DNA from: Prorocentrum cordatum
Lineage: Eukaryota
Reading direction: 5' to 3'
Assembly: GCA_963575745.1 (NCBI GenBank)
Contig: CAUYUJ010000015.1
Location: 620,001 to 671,719, forward strand
Length of the DNA: 51,719 nt
A model generated the notes under the pieces. The model did not search any database. It was given only the letters and a program-made list of their open reading frames with translations, and was not told the origin of the DNA. Numbering within the stretch: position 1 is the first letter of the stretch; the number at the start of each line of letters is the position of its first letter. Shown here piece after piece: positions 11,601 to 24,200 of the stretch. The position numbers were made by a program, and so were the translations under genes.

Positions 11601-12040
11601 CCTGATACACGTGCTGCTGCGGGTGCCGCCGAAGGCCTTCAGGAATGACTGCCTCCTTTCCATAGGCAGCAGCCTGGGCCTCACAGCACCACCTTCGATG
11701 CTCGCCTCGACGGCTGCGGCGACGATGCGGGCCGCGCGCAAGATGCAGCAGGAGTGGAGGGGTCTGCTCGAGAGCGTAGAGGGGTACTTCATGATTGCGT
11801 GCGGCTCGGCGCAAATGGCACTGTCGGACCTCCCGCAGTCCCCCTCCACTCCGAGCTGGCGGTGCGACCGTCGAGGCTCTGCGTGGCGCCTGCGAGACGC
11901 GCTCGAGGGCAAGGCGCCGCACTGTCGGCCCAGGCACCGCGAGCGGGCGGAGGCGACCCTGAAGGAGGCGACGCGGACGACGCAGGAAGCAGAAGCTGCG
12001 TGGCGGGCAAAGCCACGGGATGAGGATGAGCGCAGGAAAA
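8671..12040 (+). pseudogene. LINE ORF2: apurinic-like endonuclease + reverse transcriptase, disrupted
   Basis: EN motifs: IITVQETH (~8776-8799), GGVASLV, PGRVLMV, AGDFN (~9201-9215), TLDRVF (~9384-9400). RT motifs: PSPGPN, LVPKSG, RPLMPLNADKQLI, QRGFARSR, FDAKAAFP (~10835), QGCPMS (~11014), FADG at the YADD position (11161-11172), KLLG (~11386). Confidence 0.9.
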
Positions 12041-12078
12041 AAACGCTTCTCTTTCCAGTCCTCCTTTCGCTCCTTTCT

Positions 12079-12248
<170 letters not shown>

Positions 12249-12839
12249 TGTTGTCCCATCACGTTCAGGAAACGCCTCGTTGCGTGGGGGGTAGAAACTC
12301 CCCCCCACCAGCGCGCTTAGCCACGCTGGACGGCTTTGAAGCACGCCCTGCTGACTAAAGGGAGGGGGGCGAGGTGCGCGGCGATCGAAGTCCTCACTGG
12401 AGCGTGGCCCACAGCGGCCAGCATGCATGCATCCGCATTCGCTCGGCCCCACGTAAGTTTGGTTGCCAGGAGGGAACAGACTCGATGGCACATTATCTCA
12501 GATGTCGTCACCCTTGGTGGGCGGTCTGCTACCCTAGCGAATTGTGTTATAGTTCTGTCCAAATGACGCATCACTCCTCGACCCCCGACGACGCGCTCGA
12601 TCGGTCGGTATTGAGACTCAGCCTGACGCACAAATTGTACTGCATGGTAGGTGACCCCCCTTAGGAGCGACGTTTGCTCCCCCTCCACCTCCCCATCCTT
12701 ATCATTCTCCTTATCCTCCTGGTCCATCCCCTTCCTTCCTATGTAATTTCTCTGCGTCTTATTCCGAAACGGGTCGGCAAGGCGACCAGGCGTTTCGCTG
12801 GAGTTTCCCTCGCCATTCATGATCCTGAAGTTGAGCATT

Positions 12840-13670
12840 TGCAACAGCTTCACTGATGGAGGGCGGGCCGTTTTCAAAATGTGGCCCCCAGTTTACCGCC
12901 GCGCAAATTCGCTTTAAAAGTGCGCGGAAGCATAACGGATGGAGGGCGGGCCGTTTTCAAAATGTCGCGCTCGCCGCAGCGCCCCCGCACATTATTTTTA
13001 AAAGTGCGCTGGAGCTTCCCGGGTTGAGTTCTGGCCGCTTTCGCAATGTGGCTCTCGCGCTGGCGCCGCGCAAGTTTATTCAATTAGTGGTTAAGAGCTT
13101 CGAGGATGGAGGGCGGTTCGTTTTTCACAGTGCTGGTCTCGCCTGGGCCCCGCGCGCATTCTTCTAAGAGTTTGCAAGATCTTAACGGGTGAAGGGCGGT
13201 TCCTTCTGAAAATGCTGCTTTCGCTTAAGCGCCGCGCGCATTTGTTCGAAAAATGCAGCCGCTTCAAGGATGGAGGGCGGGCCGTTTTCAAAATGGGGTT
13301 CCCGCCCTAGCACCGCGTGCACTCGCTTCAAAAATAGTAGGCCGCATCTTCACGGAAAGACGGCGGGTCGTTTTCAAACTGCGGCATTCGCTCTAGCGCC
13401 GCGAAAGCTCGATTTTAAGTGCGCAAGAGTCTCACACATGCATGGCGGACAGTTTTCCAGATGTGGCTCTGGCTTGGCGCCGCGCGCATTCGTTCAAACA
13501 GATTACAGCAGCTCCAAGGGTTCGTATCAACGGCGTCGCCTAAGTGGTGTTTCGGCACGGTTTCGGATCGCCAGGGTGCAACAGTCACGTTGACCTGCGA
13601 TGTCGAAGTCCCACGAGTGGCGCTGTGGCACGACACCCCAGGAATGGTGCTTTGGCACGGTTGAAAATAT
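12840..13670 (+). repeat. Interspersed element built from ~8 diverged 83-bp tandem units plus a second subrepeat
   Basis: GATGGAGGGCGG...TTTTCAAAATGTGGC...GCGCCGCGC recurs at 12855, 12938, 13105 and 13269 (period ~83). Related copies at ~13920-14358, ~17230-17720, ~31680-31970 and ~34270-34530. Confidence 0.85.
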
Positions 13671-14360
13671 TCAGGCGGTTGTCTTCTAACGCAACACCTC
13701 CCGCCGAAAGAACTCACGCTTGCTGGGGCCCATGAAAATTGAACTTGGAGGGAAGGTTTACTGCGACATCGTCGATGAAATTTACATTGGCCCTCATCAT
13801 CCATTCCTTCTCCTTCTAAGTAACTCCTTCCTGTCGCTCCCCGAGGCCAGTCTCATGGGCGGGCCTGGCGTTTCCCCGGAGACTTCCTCGCCGCACATGA
13901 GCCTGAAGCTTAAAACTAGCACCGCTTTCACGGATTGGGGCGTTCGGTTCGTGCGCTAGCGCTGCCCACTTCGGCTCCAAGAAATTGGAGGAATTTCACG
14001 GATTGAGGACTGGTCGTTTCCAAAATGCGATTCTCGCCTCAGCGCCGCGCACATCCGTCCTAATAGATGCAAAGCGTCACGGACGGAAGGCGGGTCGATT
14101 TCAAAATGTGGCTCTCGCATTGGCGCCGCGCACATTCATCAAACCAAAATGCAAATTTCAAGAGCTTTACAAATCGAGGGCGGCTGGTTCTCAAGATCGG
14201 GTTTTCGGCGAAACGCCGCGCTTTTTCGTCTCATGAGTTCGCAACAGCCTCGAATCATGGTGAACGTTCCAGAAATCACATGTTGGCATCATGTCGGGTC
14301 GCAAGGTCACAACGGTTCCGTTGGTTCGCGGCGTTGAAGCCCCAAGCATGGTTTTCTGGC

Positions 14361-14398
14361 TGGCTCAAGCTGTTCTGGCTCGAGCTGTTCTGGCCGAG
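14361..14398 (+). other. Three tandem relict spliced leaders
   Basis: TGGCTCAAG + CTGTTCTGGCTCGAG + CTGTTCTGGCCGAG. The middle unit matches the 15-nt relic CCATTTTGGCTCAAG at 11/15, with all differences transitions. Confidence 0.65.
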
Positions 14399-14479
14399 CT
14401 ATCTCCCCACTCTCTGCCCCCCTTCTTATATTCATTTTTCTGCCGCTCACGCAGCCCAGCCTCGCGCATAGCATGGGAG

Positions 14480-15778
14480 ATGAACGACGCCAGCGCGCGG
14501 CTCCAGGTGGCGATCGATGCCGCGGTAGCGGGCGCGCTCCGAGCTCAGCAACAACCGCAGCGGCCACTGCGTCTGCGGCCGAGCAGGGCGCCCGAGCTCT
14601 GGCTGCTCCCCAGTGCGCCAGCGCCCTCGGCGCTCCCGGCGCTGGAGGCGGACAGCCTGGCACCCTCCCCGGTGCCCCTGGAGCTAGCGGCCGGGAGCCC
14701 GACGCGGTCTCTGGCAAGGAAGCGGGAGCCGCTTGACATGCCCTCGCGCCCACCAGAACGCTCGACACCGCCGAGGAGCAGGAACCCGAGCAGGCGGGTC
14801 TGGGCATGTGCGAGGAACCCGAGCTGGCGGGGCTCGCCCGCGCCCGCAACACCTGAAGTGACCATCCCAGCCGGCCATCCCAGCCACGGCGGTGGCGCCG
14901 CCCGCTGGGGCCATCACGGCGCTGCCGCGCTGGCAGCGCTTGGCTGCTTCGCGGGAGGCGCCAGAGTCAGACCCGCGCATCGCGCGCACCCCGCCGCGGA
15001 GGGGGCGCCCCCGCACACACCGGTCGCCGAACCCTGGCTTGAGGAGGCGTTTTGGAACGCCCCCGTCGCCCAGCCCTCTCCGCGAGGCGCGCCGGCTGCG
15101 AGCGGCGCGGCGACGGGCCGCCACGAAGAGCAAGAAGCCTCAGCGGGCCCACTTCATTTTCGGCTTGACGGGAGCGAGGAGGACAGCGATGAGGATTGCC
15201 CGTCTGTTGCCGAGACGCCAGACGCGCTGGCGGCCTGGTGGCATGGCTTCTTGCTTGGGCCTCTGATGATCGCTGCCTCGGCGCCCCAAGCGCGGTGCAT
15301 GGCGGCCGCGCTCAGCGCCGCCGCGGCGTCCGAGCCCGCGTCCGCGCTCAGCGAGTGCTCGAGTCCAGCTCCTGGGGGCATCGTCATATCGGATTCGGAC
15401 CTGGAGTGCGACGTCAGGCCCAGACCCCAGAGCTCGCAGGACGACTTCGACTCTCAGGCTGATGACGGCGACACCCAGGCCGGCGACGTCGACGTCGACT
15501 CTCAGGATGTTCGCCACAAGGAGGTCGCGCCGACGGACAAGGAGGTCGCGCCGATGGACATCGACGACGCCCTCCGCGACGCCCTTCTTGGCGCCCTTCC
15601 CGACGCCCACGACGCCCTTCCCCGCGTCGCCCTTCCCGACGCCCTCGACGCCCTTTCCGACGGCGCCCTTCCCGACGCCCCCCTACAACCCCTTGCGGCC
15701 CCTTGCGGCGCCCTCCCCGACGCCCCCGACGCCCCTCCCCACGGCGCCCTGCCCGACGCCCACGTCGCCCTCGCCTGA
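14480..15778 (+). CDS. Hypothetical Ala/Pro/Asp-rich protein, probable retrocopy (may be pseudogenised; coding-like sequence continues to ~16320)
   Basis: Intronless ORF from ATG 14480, 81 bp after the SL relics. Acidic patches and (DALP)n repeats; no recognisable domain. Confidence 0.4.
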   Translation: MNDASARLQVAIDAAVAGALRAQQQPQRPLRLRPSRAPELWLLPSAPAPSALPALEADSLAPSPVPLELAAGSPTRSLARKREPLDMPSRPPERSTPPRSRNPSRRVWACARNPSWRGSPAPATPEVTIPAGHPSHGGGAARWGHHGAAALAALGCFAGGARVRPAHRAHPAAEGAPPHTPVAEPWLEEAFWNAPVAQPSPRGAPAASGAATGRHEEQEASAGPLHFRLDGSEEDSDEDCPSVAETPDALAAWWHGFLLGPLMIAASAPQARCMAAALSAAAASEPASALSECSSPAPGGIVISDSDLECDVRPRPQSSQDDFDSQADDGDTQAGDVDVDSQDVRHKEVAPTDKEVAPMDIDDALRDALLGALPDAHDALPRVALPDALDALSDGALPDAPLQPLAAPCGALPDAPDAPPHGALPDAHVALA

Positions 15779-18700
15779 GCAGGGCGCAAGGACGGCGAGC
15801 GGCTCTCGTCTACGCAGGGCGACGGTGTCGCCGCCGAGGCAGCCGCGGCCCTGGCCGACGCTCTACCCGACGCCGCGGACGCCGCTGCGCGCCCCGTTAG
15901 TACGGCATCGGCCGGGGCATCGACGCCGCCCACGTCGCAATCGCCGGACAGCATGGAGTACATCAAGGCGCCGGCGAAGGTCAAGGCATGGCCCGAGGAA
16001 GGCGCAGCGGCTGCCGACATCTTTCGGCGCTCGCAGCATGCAGCGGACCGCCTCCAGCGTCGGGGAGCGGATCGCCGGGGCCGCCTCCTGGCGCGGCAGG
16101 GCGCTGCGCACGCGGCGGCCGCGGCGCGCGCGCGCGGCAGGGGGGCCTGGCCTAGCCCCCTGAGCTCCCGGCGCGCCCGCTGGCATTGTCTCCATCGTTT
16201 TCGCCCCCACGGCAGCCGCGGCGGCGTCGTCCCCGGCGCCGGGCGGGATCGGCGCGCTCGTGGAGCTCGTTCTCGCACTCTGCTTCATGGAGTGCTACAT
16301 TCACAATATCTTCGCAGGAGGCTCGCTCTCCTTGGCCCCATCGCTTTGTGGCCCTGCTCGTTCTCTGAGGCTCGCTCGCCGAGGCCCGCGACGCAGGCCG
16401 CCCCTTCGTCGCCGAGGCCCTCTCTCTGAGGCTCGCGAACAAGGCGCCCACCGGATGAGAATATCCGCGCCGTTCTCGGGTGCGCATGTTTCAGTTCGTT
16501 AGCGATCAACCGCTGTTGCGACAGTCTCGTGGTCGCGTTCCAGCGCGGCCCGCGCCGCCGCGACAGTTTCGGCGCGCATCCCCCTCCCCCGCCGCTGCGT
16601 TACGACGGGCGTTTGCGAATTATCTCTCCCAGTTTTGTCTGCTCTTCCTTCCCCCTTCCCCCCCCTCCCCCTCGGCCAGGGTTCGGGTTTTTTGCCCCCG
16701 CGGCACCCCGCCCCCGCATGCAGCATTTTGCCCGACCCAGGGGGCTCGGCCGGACAAGGTCGACGCACGCGTTGCGGCGCGCTTGGGGGCGACAACTGTG
16801 CAGTTCTCAATTCGCCCCTGGTCTTCACGCCGCGGTTGAATTGTCTCGCGGCGCGGTGGCCACCGCGCCGCGGGTGTTCTCGCGGCCGCGCCCCCCCCCC
16901 CCCCCCATAAAATAAATGCGCAGGCCGCCAAGACGCAGCAGTAGCGGTGGTTCGAAGCGCTGAAGTTCCATGAATAATGTTTCGGCATAGTTCGGAATTT
17001 TCAAACGGCTGTCTCCCAGCGGGACACGCGCATCAGTGACTGCGATTTCTTGTAGAGGCCCACGAAGAGGGAGCTTGCAGGGAGGGCGCATTGGAATATG
17101 GTTGATGAGCACTGGGTTTACACTAGTCCCCCTCCTCCTCCTCGCCCAGCCCCCCCCTTCTAAATAATCCCCCCCCGTCGCGCTCCGAGGCCAGTCGGAA
17201 GGGCTGGCCGGGCGTTGCGCCGGAGATTTCTTCGCCAATCATGAGCACCTTCACAGATGGAGTCGCCGCCAACACGCGGCCCTCGCCTTGGCGCCGCGCA
17301 CTTCCGCTTTAACAAACGGCAGAAAACTCCGCCGATTAAGGACAGGTCGCGCCCAAAATGTGGCTCCTGCCCTAGCACCGCGCACATTCATTCTAAGCAG
17401 TTAGCGCATTTTCCAGGGCTCTCATGGCGAGCGTTCCACGCGTGGCACTTTGGCACGGCACACCTAGTTCGATTTCGCCCGGCGTTGGAGCCATTCGCCC
17501 ATTGGGGATCTGGACCCCATGGATTCCGTCAACGACGTTTACGCACCCAGACGACACGCAGTGGAACCCAGTCTCACCCCGCCCCCTGATTGCCCATGCC
17601 CGTACTGGGAAGGCGCCCCCCGCCGAGCTGGGGGCCCGTGCACCACCAGTTACAGAATGATTCAATGTTCGCAAGTCACTGGCGTTTGAATTTTGGGCGC
17701 AGCGATAGGCCCCCCGTTTTCGACTGGCAGCCTGTAGGCACAGGCCGCCCAATGCATGTTCACCGCTTCAAGGGTTGCACGTCCAGATTCATCGAGAGCT
17801 TTGAAAAAAAGGAGCCTCATCGCGGATCCACAAGCCGCATGGGTTCTTCTTTTACAAGGGCCATCTCACGAGCTGAGGGGCCACCTAGGGGGACCTGCAA
17901 ACCGACATAAGGGCGCGATTCTGGCGTTTTGGCTCAAAATGACCGCCTTCGGCCCACGCCAGGGCGCACCCGCATGCACATTGCATGCGCTGAGAAGTGG
18001 GGCATTGTGACGACGCCCATTGTCCGCTGCACTTCTCTCCGCCAGGATGGCGCTGACCCTGACGGGCAGGCCGAGCGCGCGTCTCATGTCGAGCGCAACC
18101 TCCAGACCCTTGGCGCCGACACAAAGATGGGCGCCTTCTTCGGCAAGGAGGCCGCCTGGGAGATGGCCAACAGTTTGATCGACGACGCTCCGCGCGCCTC
18201 GGCCTTGGAAAAAGACGAGTCCATTATGTTCCTGGACGTTGCTGCGAGGCTTTCGGACCCTGCCGATTGACGGGCCACGGCGGCCCCCGGGGCGAGCCAC
18301 GTGCAGCGGGTCGAAGAGAAGTGGAAGAGCAAACCAGACTTGCCGCATAAGCAAATCAAAGATCAGCCCCCCCCCCTCTGAAGTCGAAGCTGAAGGGCGC
18401 GGCGGCAGAACCGCGTGCGATTCTCAGTCTGCGCTGGGAGGCCAGGGCCGTGACTGGAACAGGACATGGAAGGATTGCGCCGATTTTGCGGGGGATATCA
18501 GGCAATGACGTGGCCAGCTACAGTAGGCATCCATCGAGCTGCCTTCGCCTTCTGCTTCCACGCAGCGGCCCGAATCAGCCCCCAGCATCACGTCTACCAG
18601 CCAAGCCGCGGGGCGAGACCCCATCGGCCCTCGGGGCACGCAACGGCCACCAGGCATCGGTCGCAGAGAGCTGCTGGATCTTCTCAGCGCCATCGGGGCC

Positions 18701-19179
18701 GCAGAATATGCCGAGGAGGGGGGTGGGGGGGGGGCTGCTTCTGGCGCGCGGAAGGGGGCGAGGGGGGGCGGGGGCGGGCGCGCATCCGCGGGGCAGAGGA
18801 AAGGGCGAAGGAGGGGCGCGCGCGACCAGGAGGGGGGGGCCAAAGACGAGGCAGCGAATCCCCCCCCCCTGCCGGAGGAAAGGAGAAGGGAGAGGGCGGC
18901 GGCGGCAGCTTCCGGAGCGCGCATGGGGGGGCGAGGAGGGCGGCAAAGGGAGGGGGAGGCACGCGAAAAGAATGGGAAGATGGGGGGGGATCGGGCAGGA
19001 AGGGCCCCGGGGGGGCGGGCTGAAAGGGGGGGGGTCCGCCTCTCGGGGGCGCTCCACGAGCGCGCCCTCCTCCGCGCCCCCCGCGCGCGGGCGTTCTTCC
19101 GACCCCAGTGGGCGACGCGGCCTGCCGCGCAGAAGGTGCGACAGCCAGGGTCATCGGAGATGCGGCCACAGCGCCCCCC

Positions 19180-19820
19180 ATTGCCTATCGGTCATTTCAG
19201 GAAGCTTGGGCCAGTCATTCCCGGCAGGACCGGGCCGGTTGCCAGCGAGGATGCAACCGATGAAGAATTGGCGGCGCAGCTGAAAGAGTTGGGCGCCCAT
19301 GCCGCGCGCGCGGCGACGGCCGGAGACCCGGGCCTCGACGCCGCCAGCGCCCGCGGACGACGCGGGCCCAAGTTCCCCCCCGGGATGCGAATGGCACGCG
19401 CGCAATGGCCAAGTTCAAAAGTCGAGGAGGACACGTGGCAGTCATCAAATTGCAAGGGGGGCCCTGGGCCATTGGCGCACTGTCTCCCGCGACACGCGGC
19501 CGCAGAGCTGCCGGGGTCCCGCCCGTGACCGCGCGGCGGCTCAGACGCCAGGCTGCCGTTGACATCGCAGGCCGCTGGCGCGGCCAGCGCCCCCTGTCTG
19601 TCCTTCAAGAAATGCCGAGGGGCGCCGATCCAGGCGCGGCTCTACAGCGGCAAGTCATCACAAAATGGATAAGCTCATGGATCAGATTGCCGAGCCACCC
19701 CGAAGATTCGGCGGGCTCGGCCCCGCGCGTGGCCCAAGCCCATGGCGCCGGCCAAGATCAGTTGGGCTGGAATCACAGGGCCATCGGCCGCCACTCAGGC
19801 CATCCTGCCCTAGGGAGGAC
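19180..19820 (+). pseudogene. Non-LTR retrotransposon remnant (RT C-terminal/thumb region)
   Basis: Motif order GDPGLDAASARGRR, G..P..ARRLRRQAA, ADP...ITKWISSW, SWAGITGPSAATQAIL resembles the post-RT region of LINE ORF2. Frameshifted; recognised by eye only. Confidence 0.5.
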
Positions 19821-21249
19821 GGGGCCCCGTCGCAGCGGACGCGCGGCGTCGCCAGTGACCTTGCGGAGTTGAGGATTAGATATTCCCCGCGGCGGACAGC
19901 TCCATGTTCTACGATACCGCCGCGAGCGACTACGACGAGTCGCCGGCGGAATTCAGCGCAGACGTCGCTCGCGAAGGACGGGCAGCGGCCCGCCGCCGCC
20001 CGCGCGGCGGCGCTCCCAGGCACGGCGCCGACATGCAGATGATACAAAATGAATTGGATTTCTTCGACGCGGGGCGCAGAGGGGCGATCTCGAGCGGACA
20101 GCGGCCTCGAGATCGCTAAGTCGAGTCACGACGCAACGCCGACCCAAGCTGTCTGCGGCGCAAGAATTGCCGCGAGGCGCCGCATCACCGATTGGGGGCG
20201 CGAGAAGATCGATCGCGCAAGGCCCACTCATCGACGGATTGTCCAACGCGCGAGATCCTCGCGGGCGCCGGCTTCGACCTCGGCCCGTCTTCCGCGGGGT
20301 CCCGTCTGCGTCCGGCGCTGCGCCCTGTCCCCGGGGGCGCCCGGGCTGTTGGCGGGCCTTTCCTCTGGGGGCCTTGCTCTCTCAAGGACCTCTCCTTCTT
20401 TTCTGGAGACCAGCCTGTCTCTTTGTTCCGGGGCGCGCCTGGAGGTCAGGCGCCCCTCGCCGTCGCGGACGCCGCCGCGGAGCGGCTGTCGTCATTGTTC
20501 TGCGATTCTGGAGACCCCGCCCTGGGCCAGTCGCGGTCGCCTAGGCGCGGTCTCGCTGCTGCCCCCCCGGGCCAGTTCCAAATTGCTCCGCGGCCTGAAC
20601 TTTCAGCCTTGACACCCGCTATAGAGCTTGCCCAAGGCCCTGTCGCCCGCGCCCGCGATTGCAGGCCCGTCGTCGACGGGCAAAGGCCGCGCCGCCCCTG
20701 GCCCCCCTGCGGCCGAAACGCTGACCTTTGAGTTAGATTTCTTTTCGCGATTGAACAGCAGCGCCCAGGGGGCGCTGACCTCCTTTGGGCGCCGCCCCAT
20801 TTGGAGGACGACCTCGCCGCCGCGCCCTCCCAGAGCTTCCTCTCGCACGGCAGCGCGGCTGCTGATGTCTGGGGGCGGGCGGCTCGGAGGGGGCGGGGCC
20901 CCCTGCTGCGCGGCTTACTCCGTTAACAGATTGCGCCGATTGCGCGACCCCCCTCTCCGTCGCCGCGCGAGAGCTGCCGCAGCGAACGCCGTGGAGGCGG
21001 CTCCGCGGGGCGAGGTTTGCGCCCGTGAGATCCGCCGCAAACCCAAGTCAAGCGCAATGCGATCACGTTTCGCTCGCACGTGATCCGCTCTGCTGCCTCG
21101 CCACGCGCGCTGGCCACCCCTGGGGCGCGGGCCGCGAACGCACCCGACCCATCGCAGGCCCCTCCCCCAGTGCACCCCAGGCTTGCGGGCGGCAGCCCCC
21201 GGGCTCTGGAGGGGCCTGCCGAGGTCGGAGGCTCGCCCCTGCACCCCGC

Positions 21250-24200
21250 CCACACCTTGCACGAGTGGGCCTTGCAGTGGATTAAGTTACGCAGCGCTTG
21301 TGGTCCCACGGCCACGGTGGATGGTCGGCAGCTCACTCGCCCTTGCACCAAAGCCGCAAAGAAGGGCTTGGTTCATCTTGGACGTCTCAAGACTGGCAAG
21401 CACCCTTCCTACAGAGGACCTCCAAAGGTGGCTGCGGAAGTACAGCGCGTCGTTTTGGCGAACTTTTCAGCGGAGGCCCTCGGGGCCAAGAGCGCTCCCG
21501 CACTCCTCCGCACCAGCGCCCGCGATCCCCCCCCCCCCCCCATGCGTTGCCGACGCCTTGCCAGCGCCGAGGAAACCGCGCCTCGGGGGCTGGCGCCCCA
21601 TCCTTGAGCTCCACGGCTGACGCCCCCCTTCGGCGACGCTTCTGGCCCGCGGCGTTCGGGCCAGCGCGGGCCCGATGGGGACGCGCGCTCCGTTGTCAGC
21701 GTTGTATCCCAGGCCACGGCGACAGGCATCGCGGTTCCCGGCGGAAGAATCGACGCCTTGGCTGGGCGCCCTGGGAACGGGGTGTTCGTTGGTGTCGAGG
21801 CCGGCTGGGGAGGGGGCGGCGCTTCGGCCAGCGCGGCGCGCGACCGCCCTGCCCGCCGCCCGACGACCACAACCCCGACGCCCAGGACGGCCCTTGGCGC
21901 GAAAGGGGCGGGATGACCTCAACGCACTTCGTGGAGGTGACGAAGAGGAGAGGAGTACAGGTCGATATACGTGCTCCGCGCCAGCACGCTCGCTTCGTCG
22001 AGCGGCGCGGGGCCATGCCGCGACGAGCACGTCACGCCGCGGAAGAGAAGCTAGAGCGCGAAGGCATCACGGTGAACTTCGACTCCATGCTAGCGCATGC
22101 CATCTTTGCCGGCAGCAGCCTCACTCACGTGGGCGGCGCTACGCCACGCAACGTCGTCTTCGGACGCCAGCCGCCCACGCTGCCACCACTCGAAGCAGAC
22201 GAGCAGCGTGGGGCATCCAGCGACTGCGTCGCTGGCGCCGAGCCTCCTGCTGGTGGGGAAGTGCAGCTCAGCCGACTGCAGTGGCGCATCCGAGAGATAG
22301 CCCTGCAACGCACGATCGAAGCCGCATCGATCGCACGCGTCAACCGCGCCCCCGGGACCCGCACCACCGAGTCTGGGGAGGGCTGCTTCAACGTGGGCGA
22401 CCAGGCGGAGATGCACGGGCCGCCAAGCACCAAGGACGCGCCAGGCTTGGCGGGCCGTGGAACAGTCATGTCTGTAGACCTGGCTCGAGGCAAGTTCACG
22501 GCCATGTGCTGCGAGCCGAGATGGTCTGCAGGCTGCAGGACGCCTGGGCTTTCATCGGTGCCGTCTTCGGCGAGATGGGCACCGGCATGGTGCGAGCATG
22601 CTTGGCCTGGGACCGCGCGGAGGACTACCTGGAGCACATGGCGCCAGGCTCTGGGGCCAGGACCTTCAGCCAATGGGTGGACACCACGGGCGCGCAGCTC
22701 ACCGAGCAGGCACAACAACGCCCAAACTTCCTCGAAGCCTTGCGCCATCTTTCCCACAGATGCTTCCAGCTACCAGACGTTCGCGCTGCACGATTCAGTC
22801 GCGGTCAGAAATATGCGGGTACGTGGCAAGACTGCACTCGCAGCTTGGCCATCTGGTGGTTCCCTCGGAACATTTTTTGACGTCCGGCAGATCCACCTCA
22901 ACGGCGCCACGTTCGACACCCACCAGCTCACCGGCGAGCACAGGAAAGAAGCTCGCATCATCCAGTTCATCTTGGGCGAGGAGCCGTTACTGACAACGGA
23001 CGCCGGACAGGGACTGGACGGAACGTTCGACGGTTGCGCCATCGACGTCCCCGAGGACACCGCCATCACCACTGAAGGCGGATCACCGTCAGCGCTGTCG
23101 GCTATACCAGAGGAGACCGGCAGCGATTTCTCTGGCCACATCCACCAGGTGACGTCGGCAACTTGGCGCCAAGTCGAGTGGACAGAAGAGATTGCCCAGG
23201 AGCTGGCGGCGCTGGAGAACGCCGACAGCCAGCATAAGATCTCCGCTGCTGTCGAGCACGCCGCGCCCGACCTGGGCCCTAGGCCACGCGAGCGGCCCCG
23301 GCACCTCGAGACGCAGCATCAGCGCCAGAGCATCCCCGCGCAGTGCCACCATTACTTGCGCGGGGCCTCCTTGGGCGACTACGCCACGCAAGAGGAAGAA
23401 GACGCTGCGGGTAGACAAGTGGAGTTGCATGTGGATCCAGGAGCGCGCGAACTACTCCTGAGCTTCAACGAGGCTGCGTCCAGCGACTGCGGCGCCAGCG
23501 CTCCTCGAACTGCTGCGCGCGGCGACTGCGTCGTCGGCGCATCTCAGACAGCTGCGCTTGACATCTACGCCGCCGCCAAGACCGAGGTCATCAAGCGCGA
23601 CACTAACCTTCTGTCCGACGAGGAAGTGTCACAGCTGTCGGAGGAGGTCGCAGCCGCCATCCTCGAGGAGCTCACCATCTGGGTCAAGTACAACTGTTTC
23701 GAGAGGCGGCCGCTCGAAGGCGCCCGAAAATCAACGGGCCCCAGACGTGTCTTCAAATTGAAGCACCGGAAGGGATCAGACGGCAAGACTGTCAGGATCG
23801 CCCAGTGCCGCCCGGCTTTGAATGGCTCCCGCGACATGGGCGCCGTAGCCCCGGAGACGTTCGCTCGGACAGCGAAGCAGACGTCTAAGCGCTCATGATC
23901 CGCAGGGGCGGCGCGTCGCCCCGACCGGGCGCGCGTCGCCGCTGACGTCGAGAAGGCAAACCTGCAGGGGATGACTGCGCAGGGATGCGGGAGCAAGGCG
24001 GAGCAGCTCGAATGGTGAACTTCGCCCTGCCACACGGCAGCGCAGCCATCCTCATGGAGGTGCCCGGCCACGAGAGCTTCGACGAGCGGACCGAGTGCCT
24101 GCGCTGCATCAAGCCGGGCACAAACTGCAAGGATGCGCCCAGAGCTTTCTCCATGAAGCTCGCCTGGGCCCCGCGCTCACCTGAACGCAACACCAAACCT

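Larger units (their letters stand above)
7177..12053 (+). mobile_element. Decayed two-ORF non-LTR retrotransposon (APE endonuclease + RT; L1/Tx1-like)
   Basis: ORF1-like coiled-coil protein, then ORF2 with EN and RT motifs in order; multiple frameshifts. Ends near an A-run followed by (CT)n. Confidence 0.85.

Noticed and set aside
12317..12840. Minus-strand ORF with YRPI (RT-like)
   Set aside because: A single short motif with no accompanying PK, QxGF or DxxxAF motifs.
13966..13981. SL-like CCACTTCGGCTCCAAG
   Set aside because: It falls within a unit of the 83-bp repeat and is explained by divergence from that consensus.
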